Program-made: the position numbers and the translations under genes
Shown: piece by piece, positions 10,836 to 20,966 of the stretch
Layout: each line of letters opens with the position of its first letter
Numbering within the stretch: position 1 is the first letter of the stretch
The notes under the pieces: model-generated
The model's database searches: none
Told to the model about the DNA's origin: nothing
What the model saw: the letters and a program-made list of their open reading frames with translations, nothing else
Assembly (NCBI GenBank): GCA_963811105.1
Contig: CAWEPZ010000009.1
Location: forward strand, 320,001 to 384,000
Direction of reading: 5' to 3'
DNA length: 64,000 bases
Source: Candidatus Bathyarchaeota archaeon
GTDB lineage: Archaea > Thermoproteota > Bathyarchaeia > Bathyarchaeales > Bathycorpusculaceae

Positions 10836-11462
10836 ATTTCTTTTTTCTTCCTTAATTTTTAGAATTGACTTTAGGCTATAAAGCGTCTGTGCTTATAAAA
10901 TTTGGTTAAGAGCCAGATCTAAAGATAATGCGTAATTAAGAATTAGACTTACTATTGCTTTCACGAAATTTCCGGTTTCTAATTTTGAAAAGTCTCTCCT
11001 AAAAACCGGATGATAACAGACTATTCAGAATCTTTGATTTTAGACCAAGCTAAAGGAATGTGTAGACACTGAAACATGAAATGCTTACGGATTTTAAGTA
11101 ACAAACAAAAATTAAAGCAAGCGGCTTTTTTTAATGATTTATGGGGTCTATAGATTGTGAGAGCTTTGGAATGGGCGAAAGGGAAGAGACACCCTCACAA
11201 CTATAACCCATTTGTTAATCTACCAAGTTAGCATAAAAGCCTGCTTAACAAAAGAAATTAACAGATTTTGTCAACTGAACTTCGCAATCTTGCGAAACCT
11301 TCTAAACAAAACGTGTGAATTTCGCTCTGTAAAAAATGTTATCTTGGATAATGAATCTAATCTTAACACAGAATACTTCAGAGGGCGACAATAATAGAGA
11401 CTAAAGAACAAGACAAAATACAATTAAAAAATACAGAAATTCACACAAAAACACCTAATAGA

Positions 11463-11645
11463 ATGCCTATTTTCAATTGTTCATGTGGATCCCGTATTCC
11501 AATTGTTCCAGATTTACATGAAATGACTAAAGCTATACAAAATCACATAATTGAACATAAAGAGTTAAGTGGACAGTGCATAACTGAGGAAACGCTCACA
11601 CAGGAAATACTAATAGCAATCATAAAATTCATAAATAGAAAGTAA
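11463..11645 (+). CDS. Small putative Zn-binding protein (CxCG...HxxEH)
   Basis: FNCSCGSRI..PDLHEMTKAIQNHIIEH pattern; clean 60-aa ORF. Confidence 0.55.
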   Translation: MPIFNCSCGSRIPIVPDLHEMTKAIQNHIIEHKELSGQCITEETLTQEILIAIIKFINRK

Positions 11646-11719
11646 CCAAAATTTAATTAATATAGGGATCAAAGAGAGATTTAGAACTTTGAAATGATGT
11701 ACAACAAATGACTCGATTT

Positions 11720-11994
11720 CTTAGACAGCGACACCTGCAAAATCAAGAATCATAAGGATAACACCAATCACAATTAGAACTAAACCAACACTTCGACTCA
11801 ATATTACATGTTGATAACCAATTTTTTCGGTTTGACCATTTTTGCTTTTTGACCTTTGTCTTCAGAGTTTGAAGCTCACATAAAAGCAAAGCGGCAACCC
11901 ACGTATAACTAATAATAGCCAAACACAAAAAGAAATATTTCCATAATTTCTTACTAGCTGACTTACAAATAAAAAAGTTGCCCAAACGACCCAA
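11720..11994 (-). pseudogene. Degraded small membrane-protein gene
   Basis: Hydrophobic segments fall in two frames (FFLCLAIISYTWVAALLL and, after a shift, SRSVGLVLIVIGVILMILDFAGVAV). Confidence 0.3.
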
Positions 11995-12106
11995 AACTAA
12001 ATTTCTAAACGCATCAAAGAGACATTTAAAACACTTTGAAATGATTTAATCTCCCGTTAAAACGCTCATTCTTGTTGTGAAATATTGTATTATTGAGGAA
12101 CAATAA

Positions 12107-12352
12107 TCATGCGCTTTTTCGAAAAACAATAACTCGTTCTTTGAGTTTAACCTTACATGCATACCTAGAAGATAATCCTAATAGACTCTGGACACGCTTT
12201 TTATTTCTTGAGCTCGCCCAAAAAGCCCTATAATTTATCGCTGTTTTTGGCAATCTCAAACCTAATATGTCTTTAAGCTCTTGATAGGTTAAAGTGATAG
12301 TCTCCACGCCTGAATTGCTAATGTGTTCTAGAAGAGGCTGATTTTTGTTCAT
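12107..12352 (-). CDS. Small hypothetical protein (DUF7662-like)
   Basis: ITLTYQELKDILGLRLPKTAINYRAFWAS and C-terminal VIVFRK resemble that small family. Confidence 0.5.
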   Translation of the reverse strand: MNKNQPLLEHISNSGVETITLTYQELKDILGLRLPKTAINYRAFWASSRNKKRVQSLLGLSSRYACKVKLKERVIVFRKSA

Positions 12353-12798
12353 CTTTTAACCTTTACATTTGTCATTTTCATTACTTGAGAATAATAAGAC
12401 TTATGAATTTTGGATTCACAAGTAACTGATTAACACGCGTTTCTTAGCGAAAATGCTTCATTAATATTTTAACTTCTGTACGTTCAAAAACGAATCTTGA
12501 ATGCACCGTTGACCAAATAGTAAGGAAAAGGTATAGGCAACATAAGAATAAACTCGGAAACCCAGAGGCAGCCTAAATAGAAAATGCGCAACCGTTTTCA
12601 TGCAACATGTTCCGGCTAAATGTCATCTGTCCATTAAAAGAACCGCCGCCAATGGTACATAACTCAAGCTTAGTCGTTTTATGTAAAAGATTGACGTTTC
12701 TACTGAGCATTCTATTGATCCAATTATCGTTGCAGCCTAGTCAGCAATTGAACAAGCCTAACTTTTTTCTTTTTGTTCACAACAATCAGCTATATTTC

Positions 12799-13206
12799 TC
12801 AATAGACTGTCAAAGGCGGGTTTTCCCTTTGAGGCGTTGATCTAGCCGAGATTACCGGGGCTACTTGTGTTAGTATTTTGCTGTCGGTTACCATATTTTT
12901 GCAGATGAGGTTGAGTGAGTTTTCGGTAAAGCTCAAAACATTTTTCCCTTCGTTGGTGAGCGTGTACACTTTTCGCGGCCTTTCCGAATCCATGTTCCAA
13001 ATGCTTTTTACGTAGCCTTTTTTCTCCAGTAGCCCCAGTAGTGGGTAGACGGTGCTGGGTCCGAAGTAGACGCCGAAGCCTTTGCGGATTTTGGTGATTA
13101 CTTGGTATCCGTGCATAGGTTGTTGTTCTAAGTATTGAAGAATAATCATGTCTAAGAGGCCTTTAGTAAGTTTTGTTTGGACTTCCTTTTGGTAGTTATT
13201 TTTCAT
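12799..13206 (-). CDS. PadR family transcriptional regulator
   Basis: GLLDMIILQYL..PMHGYQVI...GPSTVYPLLGLLEKKGYV...RPRKVYTLTNEGK. Confidence 0.9.
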   Translation of the reverse strand: MKNNYQKEVQTKLTKGLLDMIILQYLEQQPMHGYQVITKIRKGFGVYFGPSTVYPLLGLLEKKGYVKSIWNMDSERPRKVYTLTNEGKNVLSFTENSLNLICKNMVTDSKILTQVAPVISARSTPQRENPPLTVY

Positions 13207-13231
13207 TTTCTATTTTTTCTCCTGTTGTTGT

Positions 13232-13392
13232 GTTGTACAAATGTACAATATGTCTGTTTAAGACACATTTCTTATGTCTTCATAGTACAAAAACAGCCAC
13301 ATAAACCCTCGCACATAACGCAAGCATATCAAAATGACCAAGAGACCCTAATTGTCGAACACAAATACATGTCAATACATAAAATATGTCTT
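13232..13392. promoter_or_regulatory. Candidate PadR autoregulatory operators
   Basis: TGTCT-N5-AGACA palindrome (13251-13265), TATGTCT three times (~13249, 13273, 13386) and TGTACA twice, all upstream of padR. Confidence 0.35.
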
Positions 13393-13514
13393 AAAAATCA
13401 TTACATTTCGCTTAAAGGGAACTGTACAACAGGAAAACACAAAACCCGCAGACTATATCAAACCTTGGAAAATACTGAATCATTTTGCCAGGTGAACTTC
13501 TGCAGGAGACCCGA

Positions 13515-13790
13515 TCAGATCATATGACAAACGGAAGATATGGACTCTTGATTTTTCGAAGCCAATATCCACGTTAGAGTTGTTTCATTTTCTTCTTTAA
13601 TGGGAGTTCGGTTCATTCTCAAAACCGATAGCGTTAGTAATATGAAAACTGCAGCCATCATGGCGTTCGCAATGCTTCTTTCCAGGGAACTTTGAGCTTT
13701 GTAAAACCAATGTACAAAAAGAATTTCAGCCACCAAAAGCATTACCGCAAACAGCGAGTATAGTCCAGATATTTTGGCTGGATTAATTTC
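13515..13790 (-). pseudogene. 3' remnant of a membrane-protein gene (5' end deleted)
   Basis: The frame extends upstream to EINPAKISGLYSLFAVMLLVAEILF and then breaks abruptly against the beta-propeller fragment. Confidence 0.45.
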
Positions 13791-14621
13791 TTTACCGTTC
13801 GAAACTCCTTATACTAACGGTACTGGAAATCTCAATGGCGAAACATACTCTTTCTTTGGCGGTGGAGTAATCGCTGACGGAATATATTACACATACAGTA
13901 TTGAACACTCGCCATCTGCACCGCTTACGAGAGGCTGGAGTACATATGCTCTCAACGCTACTACAGGTGCCTTAATTTGGTCCACGCTAGGTCCAATGTT
14001 GCCGGGTGTGATTTCTGACGGCTACCTGACTGCTGTCAATTTCTATGATGGAAACCAGGATGTTTTCGGGAAGGGTCAGAGCGCAACAACCATTTCAGCA
14101 ACGCAAACAGCGATAACTCAAGGACAAAGCATTGTTATCACTGGAACAGTAATGGATAAGTCTCCAGCTACCACGACATCGCTGAGATATGCCACAGGCG
14201 TAGCCGTTCCATGCGTTTCTGATGCTTCAATGGGCGATTGGATGGCATATTTATGCCAGCAAGCACAAATCCCCGCCACCGCTACAGGAGTTCCAGTTTC
14301 GATTGATGCGGTGGACCCTAACGGCAACAACGTGCACATTGCGACCGTTACCAGCGACACTAGCGGCACATTCAACTACATGTGGACTCCAGACATTGCA
14401 GGTAAATACACTGTTACAGCCACTTTTGCAGGCGACAATTCTTAGGCAGTTCATGGGCAGAAACAGCAGTAGGCGTAACTCAAGCACCCCAAACGTCACC
14501 AACACCAACAACAATTACTTCGATTCAGCAATCACCAACTGACATGTATCTCGCAGCTTCAACAATAGCCATAATCATCGCAATAGCCATAGTCGGATTG
14601 CTCATACTGAGAAAAAGATAA
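13790..14621 (+). pseudogene. 5'-truncated, frameshifted beta-propeller surface-protein gene (paralog 3)
   Basis: Only the C-terminal third remains. A 1-bp deletion at ~14444 (TCT TA- GGC AGT TCA TGG = S[Y]GSSW) breaks it; the shifted frame continues AETAVGV...IIIAIAIVGLLILRKR*. Confidence 0.8.
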
Positions 14622-15056
14622 TGAACTGAAAAAAGTCAAACAATTTTCCCCTTTTTCTTGATTGTCTTTAAATTAGTAAGTATCACAACACAGTTTAGCC
14701 CTCTGCTGTTTTTCCCAAACCAAGACGGTGTAGTTTTTTCTTGAAGTAAGGACTTGTTGAGGACCTCCTAAACTTTAGGAGAATGCAAATATTTTTTGGC
14801 AAAAGCTACAAACTCTTGCTAGTAGTTTGAGAACCTTCTTAGCCCCTTACTCACCGCAATAGTCATCAACCATAATAGTCATAACACTGTTATTTTACAT
14901 AATAAAATCTTGTCTTTATAATTATGAGTTTATTAAAGTCCATAGATGGTGTAAACCCGTCTCGGCATTGCGGGCAAGTTGAGGCGACACAAGAATAAAC
15001 AATGAAAATTCAAAGTAGCCTTAGTCGAAAACGCTTAACCTTTTTTATTAAGTACA

Positions 15057-16085
15057 TAGATGTGTGCACAATTCGTTTTTTATAGCTTATATGCTACATG
15101 AATTATTGAGCAGGCACTGGGATTAATCAGGAAGTCCCCCAAGATTTCCGAAACTTGAACTGCACCATTAAAACTTAGCAAAGGCTAATCCCAGTACTTA
15201 CTCACTGTTCTCAGGCTTTCTTCTCCTTCATCTAACGCCTCAACAGCATTAGCGTCCAAACTAATGAGCCCCGCCATAACCATCGACGTTTTCTTCACCA
15301 GCCCCTTGGGCCAAAGCCAGCATTCATCAAGCACGTTACCCTTGATAAGCCCATTGAACTGCTCAACCACATAACGCTTAGTCTTCAAAAGCACATCTGC
15401 CTCAATCTTGCGACTCTTCCCTTTCTTGCGAGGGTTATCAGCAATTACTGGCACAGCGTTTATCGCCAAGACAGCCTTAAAGTTAACCTTAGAACAGTAA
15501 GCTCCATCAGCCAGTACGTAATCAGCCTCTAAGTCCTCAATCAGTCGTGGAAGAAAAGGTCCATCAAACCTGTTACCAGGCGTAACCAAGGCCCGAAGTG
15601 GCAAACCAAGCTGGTTCACGACTGCATGAAGCTTAAAGCCTCTGAACTTTCCCCTACTCGTATGACCCCACTTTGCTTCCATGTCGTAGAGATCTTCTAG
15701 CGGTGTCGAATCCACGACTGCGATTTTTGTTGGAATAGCTAGTTGAAGTATGTCTGCTATCTTTATGAAAGTCTCCTCCAAAAGGTGTAGGTAGCGTCTC
15801 CACCATCTGCCAACAGTGGTTCTGTCCGGTACTGCTTCTAACCCAAGCGTTTTAGCTATCCATTGGTTCTTCTTTAGGTGTTCAACTACTCGCGTATCGT
15901 TGTCTAGTCCTTTGAGTCTAGCGTAGACTAGAACTCTAAGTGCCTTGACTGTTCCGTAACCAGGGTTTCCTCTTCTTTTAAGCTCAGCTGGAACTATTGC
16001 TTTGTTGACTAAAAGCCTGACGACTTCACAGGCTTCCATAAAGACAAAAAGGTGCTAACTAGATTTAAAATTATGCACACCTCTA
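15057..16085 (-). mobile_element. Insertion sequence, 1029 bp, DDE type (IS5/IS982-like)
   Basis: 17-bp TIRs: TAGATGTGTGCACAATT (15057-15073) and the reverse complement of 16069-16085, TAGAGGTGTGCATAATT (15/17 match). 7-bp TSD AAGTACA at 15050-15056 and 16086-16092. Confidence 0.9.
15185..16039 (-). CDS. DDE transposase (DDE_Tnp_1-like)
   Basis: VVDSTP, GFKLHAVV..GLPL..VTPGN..D, LADGAY, RYVVEQFNG. Confidence 0.9.
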   Translation of the reverse strand: MEACEVVRLLVNKAIVPAELKRRGNPGYGTVKALRVLVYARLKGLDNDTRVVEHLKKNQWIAKTLGLEAVPDRTTVGRWWRRYLHLLEETFIKIADILQLAIPTKIAVVDSTPLEDLYDMEAKWGHTSRGKFRGFKLHAVVNQLGLPLRALVTPGNRFDGPFLPRLIEDLEADYVLADGAYCSKVNFKAVLAINAVPVIADNPRKKGKSRKIEADVLLKTKRYVVEQFNGLIKGNVLDECWLWPKGLVKKTSMVMAGLISLDANAVEALDEGEESLRTVSKYWD

Positions 16086-16393
16086 AAGTACATTCTATCC
16101 TAGTTGAAAAGCCTAGGCGACATAACCTCTGTGAAGCATATGGCATCATTATTAGAGCCATAATAAATAGAAAGCATTGAAGGGAAAATAAGCAACAGGC
16201 GACAAGAAAGACGGTTCATGATCATTTGGTTCATTTGGGTTTATATGACGTTTTGGTTTTAAAATTATTGGTTGATTATTTGGATATGTCAAAATAAGGT
16301 TTATTTAGCGAAATCTTATAAGTCGATTTAGCAGAAACAACCAATTCACAAAAGCGAATAACTACTTTTGTTTGAATAGGAAGAAGAGAAGAA

Positions 16394-18997
16394 ATGAAAA
16401 TAGAAAAATTTAACAATCTAAAAACAACCACAACCGCAATCATTTTGATAATACTGATGGTTTCAACGGCTCTCGCAATGCAATCACCAGCAAAAGCACA
16501 ATTGAGTCCAGGTGGAGGAGGAACATCTATTACGCCTGATAATACTCAATGGAGTACGACAATACCTGCCGGAGTAACACCTTATACCCTAATTTATCCT
16601 AACGCGTACCTAAGCTTTTCGCCAAACCCAATAGGATTAAACCAAGTTTTGCTAGTAAACATGTGGCTTACATCGCCTTGTGCAGCAAACAGATATGGTG
16701 CAGGTTATACAGTAACAATCATAAAACCCGACGGAACCCAAGATGTAGTAGGTCCAATGCACTCATACGTAGCAGATGGAACAGCATGGTTCGAATACAC
16801 AGTAGACCAAGTTGGTACATGGCAACTGAAATTTGATTACCCAGGACAATATTATCCAGCGGGAATATACATTAATGGTATAGTTGACAATTCATCAAAA
16901 ACTGGAAATAACTATCCGTCAATGTACTATGAACCTTGTACAACTGGATGGCAAAATCTAACAGTGCAACAAGCCCCCATAATGTCATGGTATTCAACGC
17001 TTCCAACAGACTACTGGACACGACCCATAAACGTTAACAACAGAGAATGGGCAACAATCTCAGGAAACTATCCATGGATAGGAGTAAGTATGGGGGCATC
17101 CATGAATGGTGCGGCAAGATATTTAGGTCCTTATACAACTGCATCCAATAGTGCACATATATTATGGACGCAACAACAAGGCTTCCCAGCAGGCATAATC
17201 GGCGGTGAAGCAGGAAACTACGCTAATACAGCTCGACCAGCAACTCCAAGCGTAATCTTTGAAGGAAGATGTTACGCAACTCAAACAGTCCAATGGTACA
17301 ATGGCTCATACCTAAGCTGCGCAGTTTGCTATGACTTGCAGACAGGAAAGATGTACTATCAGATTCCAACAGCAGCACCATACTATGGAATGACACCTAC
17401 ATTCATAAACTATCCAGTAGGTACTTCAGCATCAGTCCCGGGTGGCGACCAAACTAATACGGCAAGTTCACAACTTAGTCTATTGTCAGGCAGTCAATTA
17501 TACATAATTAACCCAATGACTGGAGCAATAACTTCTAACATAACTTGCATGTCAGGTCTATACCACAATGGTTGGGTCTTAAGCTCACAAAATCTTGGTA
17601 CTAGTGCAAATCCTAATTGGAGAATAATTAACTGGACAACCGGTGGAACAGGAACCTTTGCTTCAAGAGTAGTAAGCAATATTTCAAGTGAACTCAATGT
17701 GGCTCTATTAACTTCTAGTTTCATAACTACGGCGTATCCTTTGAGCCCTCTTGACACAACTAACACAACTCTGATGACGCAACCTTACTATAGTGTATAT
17801 CAAGCAGACTTAGATACTGGTATTTGCATTCTGCAAGGACGATTCACGAACGGGGATGTAAACGGCGGAATACTGAAAGCTTGGGACTTGACAACAGGGA
17901 AATTATTATGGACTGACCCATTAACTGTAACACCATTCAATTCTGGAACAAGTGTCGCTAATGACGGAGTATATTTCTGCGTTATGGAACAAGGAATAGT
18001 TCAAGGTTACGATGAATACACAGGCAAATTATTATGGACAACGAACACAACAGAAAACGGAGGATATCCATGGGGTGAATTTTGGGGATATGTACAGGCA
18101 TCAGCATACGGAATGTTCTACGGATGTAGTTATACTGGAATTTACGCCTTTAACGAGACAACAGGAGCAATAGTCTGGCATTTCGCGTCACCAGCCACAC
18201 CGTTTGAGCAACCTTATAACTACGGTAATGAAAGTGTCTATCCTTTCACTAGCAGTCCAATAGTCGCAGATGGAAAAATCTACATTGAAAACAATGAACA
18301 CAGTCCAACAGCACCATACGCGAGAGGATGGGGTTTCTATTGTGTTAACGCCACCACTGGTGACTTAATATGGAAAGTTGATAATTCTATGACCGCAGGT
18401 GCTATGTCAGACGGATATACAACAGCGGCAAACAGCTATGACGGAACTATGTATGTTTTCGGCAAAGGTCAAAGTGCCACAACAGTTTCAGCACCTCAGA
18501 CCCAAATAACAGCTGGGCAAAATGTCGTAATATCGGGTACAGTCTTAGACCAATCATCAGCACAACCAGGAACGCCATGTCTTTCAGATTCTTCAATGGG
18601 TCAATGGATGAGTTACCTACATCTTCAGTCACAAATACCAAGCAACGCTATTGGAGTTCCAATTTCAATAGATGCAATTGACCCTAACGGAAACCCACAA
18701 CACCTTGGAGACACAACAAGTGACATTAGCGGAACATTCGCATACACATGGACACCAAACTTAGCAGGCAATTGGCAGATTACAACAACTTTCATGGGTA
18801 GCAACTCTTACGGTAGTTCATGGGCAGAGGCACATGCAAACGTAGTTGATGCACCAACAACATCAACACCAACAACGACTACAATAAGTATAGGACAGAC
18901 TACAACTGACGCACTTATGATGTACATTGTCGCTGGAGTAATCGCCATAATCATTGCAATCGCAATAGTCGGTTTATTGCTACTTAAGAAAAAATAA
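16394..18997 (+). CDS. PQQ-binding-like beta-propeller cell-surface protein (paralog 4)
   Basis: LSFSPNPIG, SYVADGTAWFEY, repeated blades, T-rich linker, TM + KKK; BRE/TATA GCGAAATCTTATAAG at ~16308. Confidence 0.85.
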   Translation: MKIEKFNNLKTTTTAIILIILMVSTALAMQSPAKAQLSPGGGGTSITPDNTQWSTTIPAGVTPYTLIYPNAYLSFSPNPIGLNQVLLVNMWLTSPCAANRYGAGYTVTIIKPDGTQDVVGPMHSYVADGTAWFEYTVDQVGTWQLKFDYPGQYYPAGIYINGIVDNSSKTGNNYPSMYYEPCTTGWQNLTVQQAPIMSWYSTLPTDYWTRPINVNNREWATISGNYPWIGVSMGASMNGAARYLGPYTTASNSAHILWTQQQGFPAGIIGGEAGNYANTARPATPSVIFEGRCYATQTVQWYNGSYLSCAVCYDLQTGKMYYQIPTAAPYYGMTPTFINYPVGTSASVPGGDQTNTASSQLSLLSGSQLYIINPMTGAITSNITCMSGLYHNGWVLSSQNLGTSANPNWRIINWTTGGTGTFASRVVSNISSELNVALLTSSFITTAYPLSPLDTTNTTLMTQPYYSVYQADLDTGICILQGRFTNGDVNGGILKAWDLTTGKLLWTDPLTVTPFNSGTSVANDGVYFCVMEQGIVQGYDEYTGKLLWTTNTTENGGYPWGEFWGYVQASAYGMFYGCSYTGIYAFNETTGAIVWHFASPATPFEQPYNYGNESVYPFTSSPIVADGKIYIENNEHSPTAPYARGWGFYCVNATTGDLIWKVDNSMTAGAMSDGYTTAANSYDGTMYVFGKGQSATTVSAPQTQITAGQNVVISGTVLDQSSAQPGTPCLSDSSMGQWMSYLHLQSQIPSNAIGVPISIDAIDPNGNPQHLGDTTSDISGTFAYTWTPNLAGNWQITTTFMGSNSYGSSWAEAHANVVDAPTTSTPTTTTISIGQTTTDALMMYIVAGVIAIIIAIAIVGLLLLKKK

Positions 18998-19289
18998 AAG
19001 CAAAACAAGAAACCACACAAACCTTTTCTTTTTTTGCTCGCTTTCTCGCCTGTTGTTGGTTAACATTTTCAGTGTCTAATTTTTTTAGAGCTTAAAAAAG
19101 GTTTGAGGCATTCGATTGCTTTAAACTTCAAATATCGAATCTCCCGTAAGAGATGCTTATGGCAACTTACAGAGAGATTTAAGGTTATGTTGAAAGCACG
19201 TATGGTTTTGTACCGCATACTTGTTGGATTGCTGAAGTCAAAGAACTCTGCCTTATTCCCCATCTACGAGTGGCGCCTAACCGGTTAGG

Positions 19290-19666
19290 CAAAGAAAGAG
19301 ACAATCACAATCGCTGCCACAAAGCAAAAAGATTGATACCCACCGAACTAGCTTTTGCATCCTCAAAAAGCGACTATCTATCACGCACGATAATCCAAGG
19401 TTCAAACAAATTCATCTTCACACCTTCCGACACTGCTTTGCAACTGAAAAACTAAGACATACTAAAATGTTAACTCATGTCCAACATCTGCTATGACACA
19501 AATCCATAGTAAACATCGAACGCTACATTCACCTTGTTAATTACGACGGAGAAAAAATCGTCTCCTCAGTGGTTCAAACACTTGAAGAAGTAGGCAACTT
19601 GCGGAAGAAGGGCTGGACCTATTTTCAAAATATAGCGACATAAAAATCTTCAGGAAGCCTAAGTAA
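19290..19666 (+). pseudogene. Tyrosine recombinase/integrase C-terminal relic
   Basis: NPRFKQIHLHTFRHCFATEKL..VQHLL*HKSIVNIERYIHL...KIFRKPK*; HxxRH and the catalytic Tyr are present, with a TGA in LGH (19494) and frameshifts. Confidence 0.8.
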
Positions 19667-19697
19667 TTAGAAATCTTAAACGTTACTAGCTGTAGTT

Positions 19698-20891
19698 TTA
19701 TGGAACTGTTTGGTTCCAGTAAAACACTCTTGTATAATTGCCCAAGGTTGCCGCAGTCACGTTTGGTTCATCATAAATGATGTTTAAGTGGGTGCCGTAC
19801 CGGGAAATCAGGGTGTTTGTGTCATTCCAGATTTTTGCAGATAACTCGTTAGCTGGAGGTTTGTCAGATGCGAACAAGCCCCAGATGTTATCGTTTTCGC
19901 TGCGAAAGCCAAACCCGTAATCTTTCGGTACAACGTACGCCACTTCCGCCTTGTTTGAGGGAAAGCTGCTTGGAGAATTGTGGATGTTACTCCAGAAATT
20001 CTGAAGAGCTTTAAAATGGTCCTGGGTTAATGTGCCAAAGTTAGAGCCAGTAACGTTGGGGTAGCTGAAGACGACAGCGTATTTAGCGCCTGCACTGTAA
20101 GCCTGTGAGAGGTCATTGAACAATTCATTTCCAGACTCGAGATACAACGTTGTTGGCGGATTATATTTCCAGTTGATTATGACCCCCCAGTCCTTGCCAA
20201 ACGATTCAGCGGCACCTCTGTTTAAGGCGATAATTCGTTCTCTGCTCTGGTTCCCCACAAACTCGCCTAAAACGGTCGTGTAGTTGCATTTGTAGTCAAA
20301 CCAGTAAAGTCCATAGTCTGCCGTGACCGCTCTTTGCACACCATGAGCAAGATAATAGTTAATAATAATTGAAAGGCTGCTAATATAATCCGTAGATGAC
20401 TGCTCGTAGCTGGTAACGTTTTTTACAAGCTGGAATGCTCCGCTGTCAAGCTGGTTTCCGCCAGGTTCGTCAAAACGGTAAATGCCCAGCAGTTTGTCAC
20501 CGTATTTTTGAGATGCATTGCCCATCCAATCAAAAATTGAGTTGCTTACGGGATAACCGTTTGAAGCATTGTACATTCTGCTGTCAGTAATCAAAACAAT
20601 GAAATGTAGTCCCGTTTGATTTATGTAGTCAACCGACTGGTCTAATGCTGTGCGGTTAAATGTTAAGCCAGGCGAGCCGAGTACGAAAAGGTTAGTGTAA
20701 TCTTTAACCTTGTCAATCAAAGACTTCACAAGGCTAAATGAGGTGCCGTAGGCAAATTCGACGCCAACATAAAACTCTCTTTTTGAAGTTGGCTTGCTTA
20801 AAATGTTAGCTGAAAGAAAAAGCGTTACCGAAACTAATGTAATAAGCAGGATTGCGATTGCTATGGCGTATTTGCGTTTCAAATTGCTCAA
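19698..20891 (-). CDS. Membrane-anchored extracellular hypothetical protein (possibly glycoside-hydrolase-like)
   Basis: N-terminal signal anchor, YRFDEPGG motif and many NxT sites; the fold call is weak. Confidence 0.6.
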   Translation of the reverse strand: MSNLKRKYAIAIAILLITLVSVTLFLSANILSKPTSKREFYVGVEFAYGTSFSLVKSLIDKVKDYTNLFVLGSPGLTFNRTALDQSVDYINQTGLHFIVLITDSRMYNASNGYPVSNSIFDWMGNASQKYGDKLLGIYRFDEPGGNQLDSGAFQLVKNVTSYEQSSTDYISSLSIIINYYLAHGVQRAVTADYGLYWFDYKCNYTTVLGEFVGNQSRERIIALNRGAAESFGKDWGVIINWKYNPPTTLYLESGNELFNDLSQAYSAGAKYAVVFSYPNVTGSNFGTLTQDHFKALQNFWSNIHNSPSSFPSNKAEVAYVVPKDYGFGFRSENDNIWGLFASDKPPANELSAKIWNDTNTLISRYGTHLNIIYDEPNVTAATLGNYTRVFYWNQTVP

Positions 20892-20966
20892 CTAATTGCT
20901 AAGATAATCAGTAGGTTACAGTATTTAACATTTGAAGTTGACGCGTTTTAGAACTGAAATCAATTT

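Noticed and set aside
14941-14995. Fluoride riboswitch (GATGGTGT...GACAC)
   Set aside because: It lacks the P1 stem and conserved core, and no crcB-type gene follows.
5381-18997. Diversity-generating retroelement acting on the propeller paralogs
   Set aside because: No reverse transcriptase in the window and no near-identical TR/VR pair with adenine-specific mismatches was seen; the differences look like ordinary divergence.
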